IMG/VR virus record: IMGVR_UViG_3300035212_003113
Location: 1-64,000 of that record
DNA length: 64,000 nt
Direction: 5' to 3' (one strand)
Shown here piece by piece: positions 62,577-64,000 of the stretch. The notes under the pieces were generated by a model. That model searched no databases. It saw only the letters and a list, made by a program, of their open reading frames with translations, and was not told where the DNA came from. Within the stretch, counting starts at the first letter, position 1, and each line of letters starts with the position of its first letter. The position numbers and the translations under genes are program-made.

Positions 62577-62960
62577 ATGCAAAAACTAGACGAGGTACTA
62601 GACGCCTTGCGGGCAGAACGTGCCGATAACGACCGGCTTATCCGGGCGCTAGACAAGTCAGAGGCATATGCTGCCGACTGTGCACAGCAGTGTGGAGACC
62701 TGGCAGAAGGCGTAGCGAAGGCACTAGGTATGGGCTATGTCCTTGTTGTGCCAGATGATGTCCGTATAATTGAGCGGGCAACCACTACTGTGACACAACT
62801 GCGTAACGCTACCGCCCTACTCGCAGAGGCGCTAGGTCAACTAGAGACTCACTCCGGCTTTAGTGCTTATAGCAGAATTCATTCTATGGCCGGAGAAAAG
62901 CTGGCCGCCCGTATACATTGCTTTCTCGGAGAACTAGATGCGAGCAGAATCAAGGACTGA
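62577..62960 (+). CDS. hypothetical coiled-coil protein
   Basis: first ORF after motif copy 18. Confidence 0.6.
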   Translation: MQKLDEVLDALRAERADNDRLIRALDKSEAYAADCAQQCGDLAEGVAKALGMGYVLVVPDDVRIIERATTTVTQLRNATALLAEALGQLETHSGFSAYSRIHSMAGEKLAARIHCFLGELDASRIKD

Positions 62961-63456
62961 GCGCTATCGACGCAAGCTGCCTACGGCAGACCTATTGCCC
63001 GTGGAGGTAACTAGCGTCAACTTCCGCTGCGAAGAGAATATCGCTTACCTCATCCGTGCAGCAGCTTGCTTTGGCGCATCAGCCGTAAATGTAATCGGCT
63101 CCTGTCCTCCTCCCGGATTACTGCGTGAACTTTCGGGCACTACTTCGGACTTAGTTACGATTCGTAATTTTTCCTCGCCTGGAGACTTCCTGCAATTCTG
63201 CCGCGACAACAATAGGAGAATTGTCTGCGCGGAGCTGGCAAATGATGCCACAAGCTTGCATGACTATGCCTTTGACCATAGCGCAATCACCTGTATTGTT
63301 ATTGGTCACGAGCAGCTGGGCGTTCCAGTTGACATCCTGCATCACGGCGACGTAGTGCAGATCCCAATGCCAGGCTTTGGCTACTCGCTTAATGCTGCTC
63401 AGTCCGGTAATATCATGCTTTACGAATATGCGAAACAGTTCGCGCGGAGTTGCTAA
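62938..63456 (+). CDS. SpoU/TrmH-family RNA 2'-O-methyltransferase
   Basis: ENIAYLIRAAACFG, VIGHEQLGV, IPM.G...SLNAAQS. Confidence 0.85.
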   Translation: MRAESRTERYRRKLPTADLLPVEVTSVNFRCEENIAYLIRAAACFGASAVNVIGSCPPPGLLRELSGTTSDLVTIRNFSSPGDFLQFCRDNNRRIVCAELANDATSLHDYAFDHSAITCIVIGHEQLGVPVDILHHGDVVQIPMPGFGYSLNAAQSGNIMLYEYAKQFARSC

Positions 63457-64000
63457 TGGTTGGCTTTCATGAATCTCTCGCTGCAACACAAGCATATCTC
63501 CGCGAAGGAGGTTCGCTAGAAAGGTTTGAGAGCGAGCATGGTATTGCCGGCAAGAGCGACGGACAGCACCTCATTCTGGATTATGACCAGATCACTGTCA
63601 AGTGGACCGAGCCTTATGCCTATGCCTGTCGTGGCCTTGTGCTCGATGCGGTTACGTTTGACGTGATTGCTGCGCCAATCAAAAAGTTTTTCAACGCGGG
63701 CGAGCACTATGCAGATACTATCGACTGGAGTTCTGCCACGGTCTTTGAAAAGATTGATGGCACAATGGTCAACCGTTGGTGGAGTCCGCATACCGAACGT
63801 TTTGAATATAGTACCCGGTTTCAGTTGCCGGCTGGCCTAGAAAGCTCTGCCGTTAATTCCGGCATGATGAAGTGGGGCGATATGATTCGCCGATGCATGG
63901 CATCGCTTGACACGGCGTTTTTAGAGTCTCAGCCAAAGGACGAGACTTGGACTTTCGAGGTATGCTCGCCGCATAATATGGTTGTTGTGCGACATGCTGC
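63456..64000 (+). CDS. T4 Rnl1-like RNA ligase (partial, runs off window; absent from ORF track)
   Basis: own translation: MVGFHES...CRGLVLD...KKFFNAGE...IDW...EKIDG. Confidence 0.85.
   Translation, partial: MVGFHESLAATQAYLREGGSLERFESEHGIAGKSDGQHLILDYDQITVKWTEPYAYACRGLVLDAVTFDVIAAPIKKFFNAGEHYADTIDWSSATVFEKIDGTMVNRWWSPHTERFEYSTRFQLPAGLESSAVNSGMMKWGDMIRRCMASLDTAFLESQPKDETWTFEVCSPHNMVVVRHA

Noticed and set aside
1-64000. CRISPR array
   Set aside because: No identical 25-45-nt repeats with regular unique spacers; the 69-nt repeats are coding and the GC motifs are kilobases apart.
1-64000. Diversity-generating retroelement as the source of paralog diversity
   Set aside because: No reverse transcriptase and no TR/VR pair differing only at adenines seen in this window; one could still lie elsewhere.
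1-64000. Stop-codon reassignment
   Set aside because: Long genes are intact under code 11, and TAA, TAG and TGA all terminate genes at sensible junctions; no suppressor tRNA was found.

Overview
The window looks like the early/accessory region of a large tailed phage. This is an inference: no capsid, terminase or polymerase gene is present, but the genes are dense, short and mostly on the + strand, with tRNAs, HNH genes, TilS, an Rnl1-type RNA ligase and an AAA+/vWA pair. Four patterns dominate it. (1) There are 18 same-strand copies of a GC-rich motif, CTAAA-N13-GATCCTGA-N4-CGA, with an invariant 13-nt spacer, each preceding a run of + strand genes; I read it as a phage promoter. (2) There are about 43 paralogs of a ~90-aa protein ('family A', MKLxxYx(M/I)xxAxxxxDWxxAxxxLxxHFG...YxW...GF), 10 HRxDGPA-repeat proteins with a shared N-terminus, and three smaller families. 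(3) Most of these genes, across unrelated families, begin with RTGAARCT (MKL), usually overlapping the upstream stop by 4, 11 or 14 nt, which suggests plug-in cassettes. (4) Six unrelated proteins share a ~35-aa N-terminal leader (LDxxGxxxxADxxD) and an AT-rich upstream motif, suggesting late, capsid-targeted cargo. Also present: six canonical tRNAs including an unusual Ser(ACU), two tRNA-like elements, RNA repair/modification enzymes, an M16 peptidase, IscA, a kinase-like protein and a 1096-aa LamG-domain protein. All counts are by eye; no database searches or folding programs were run.
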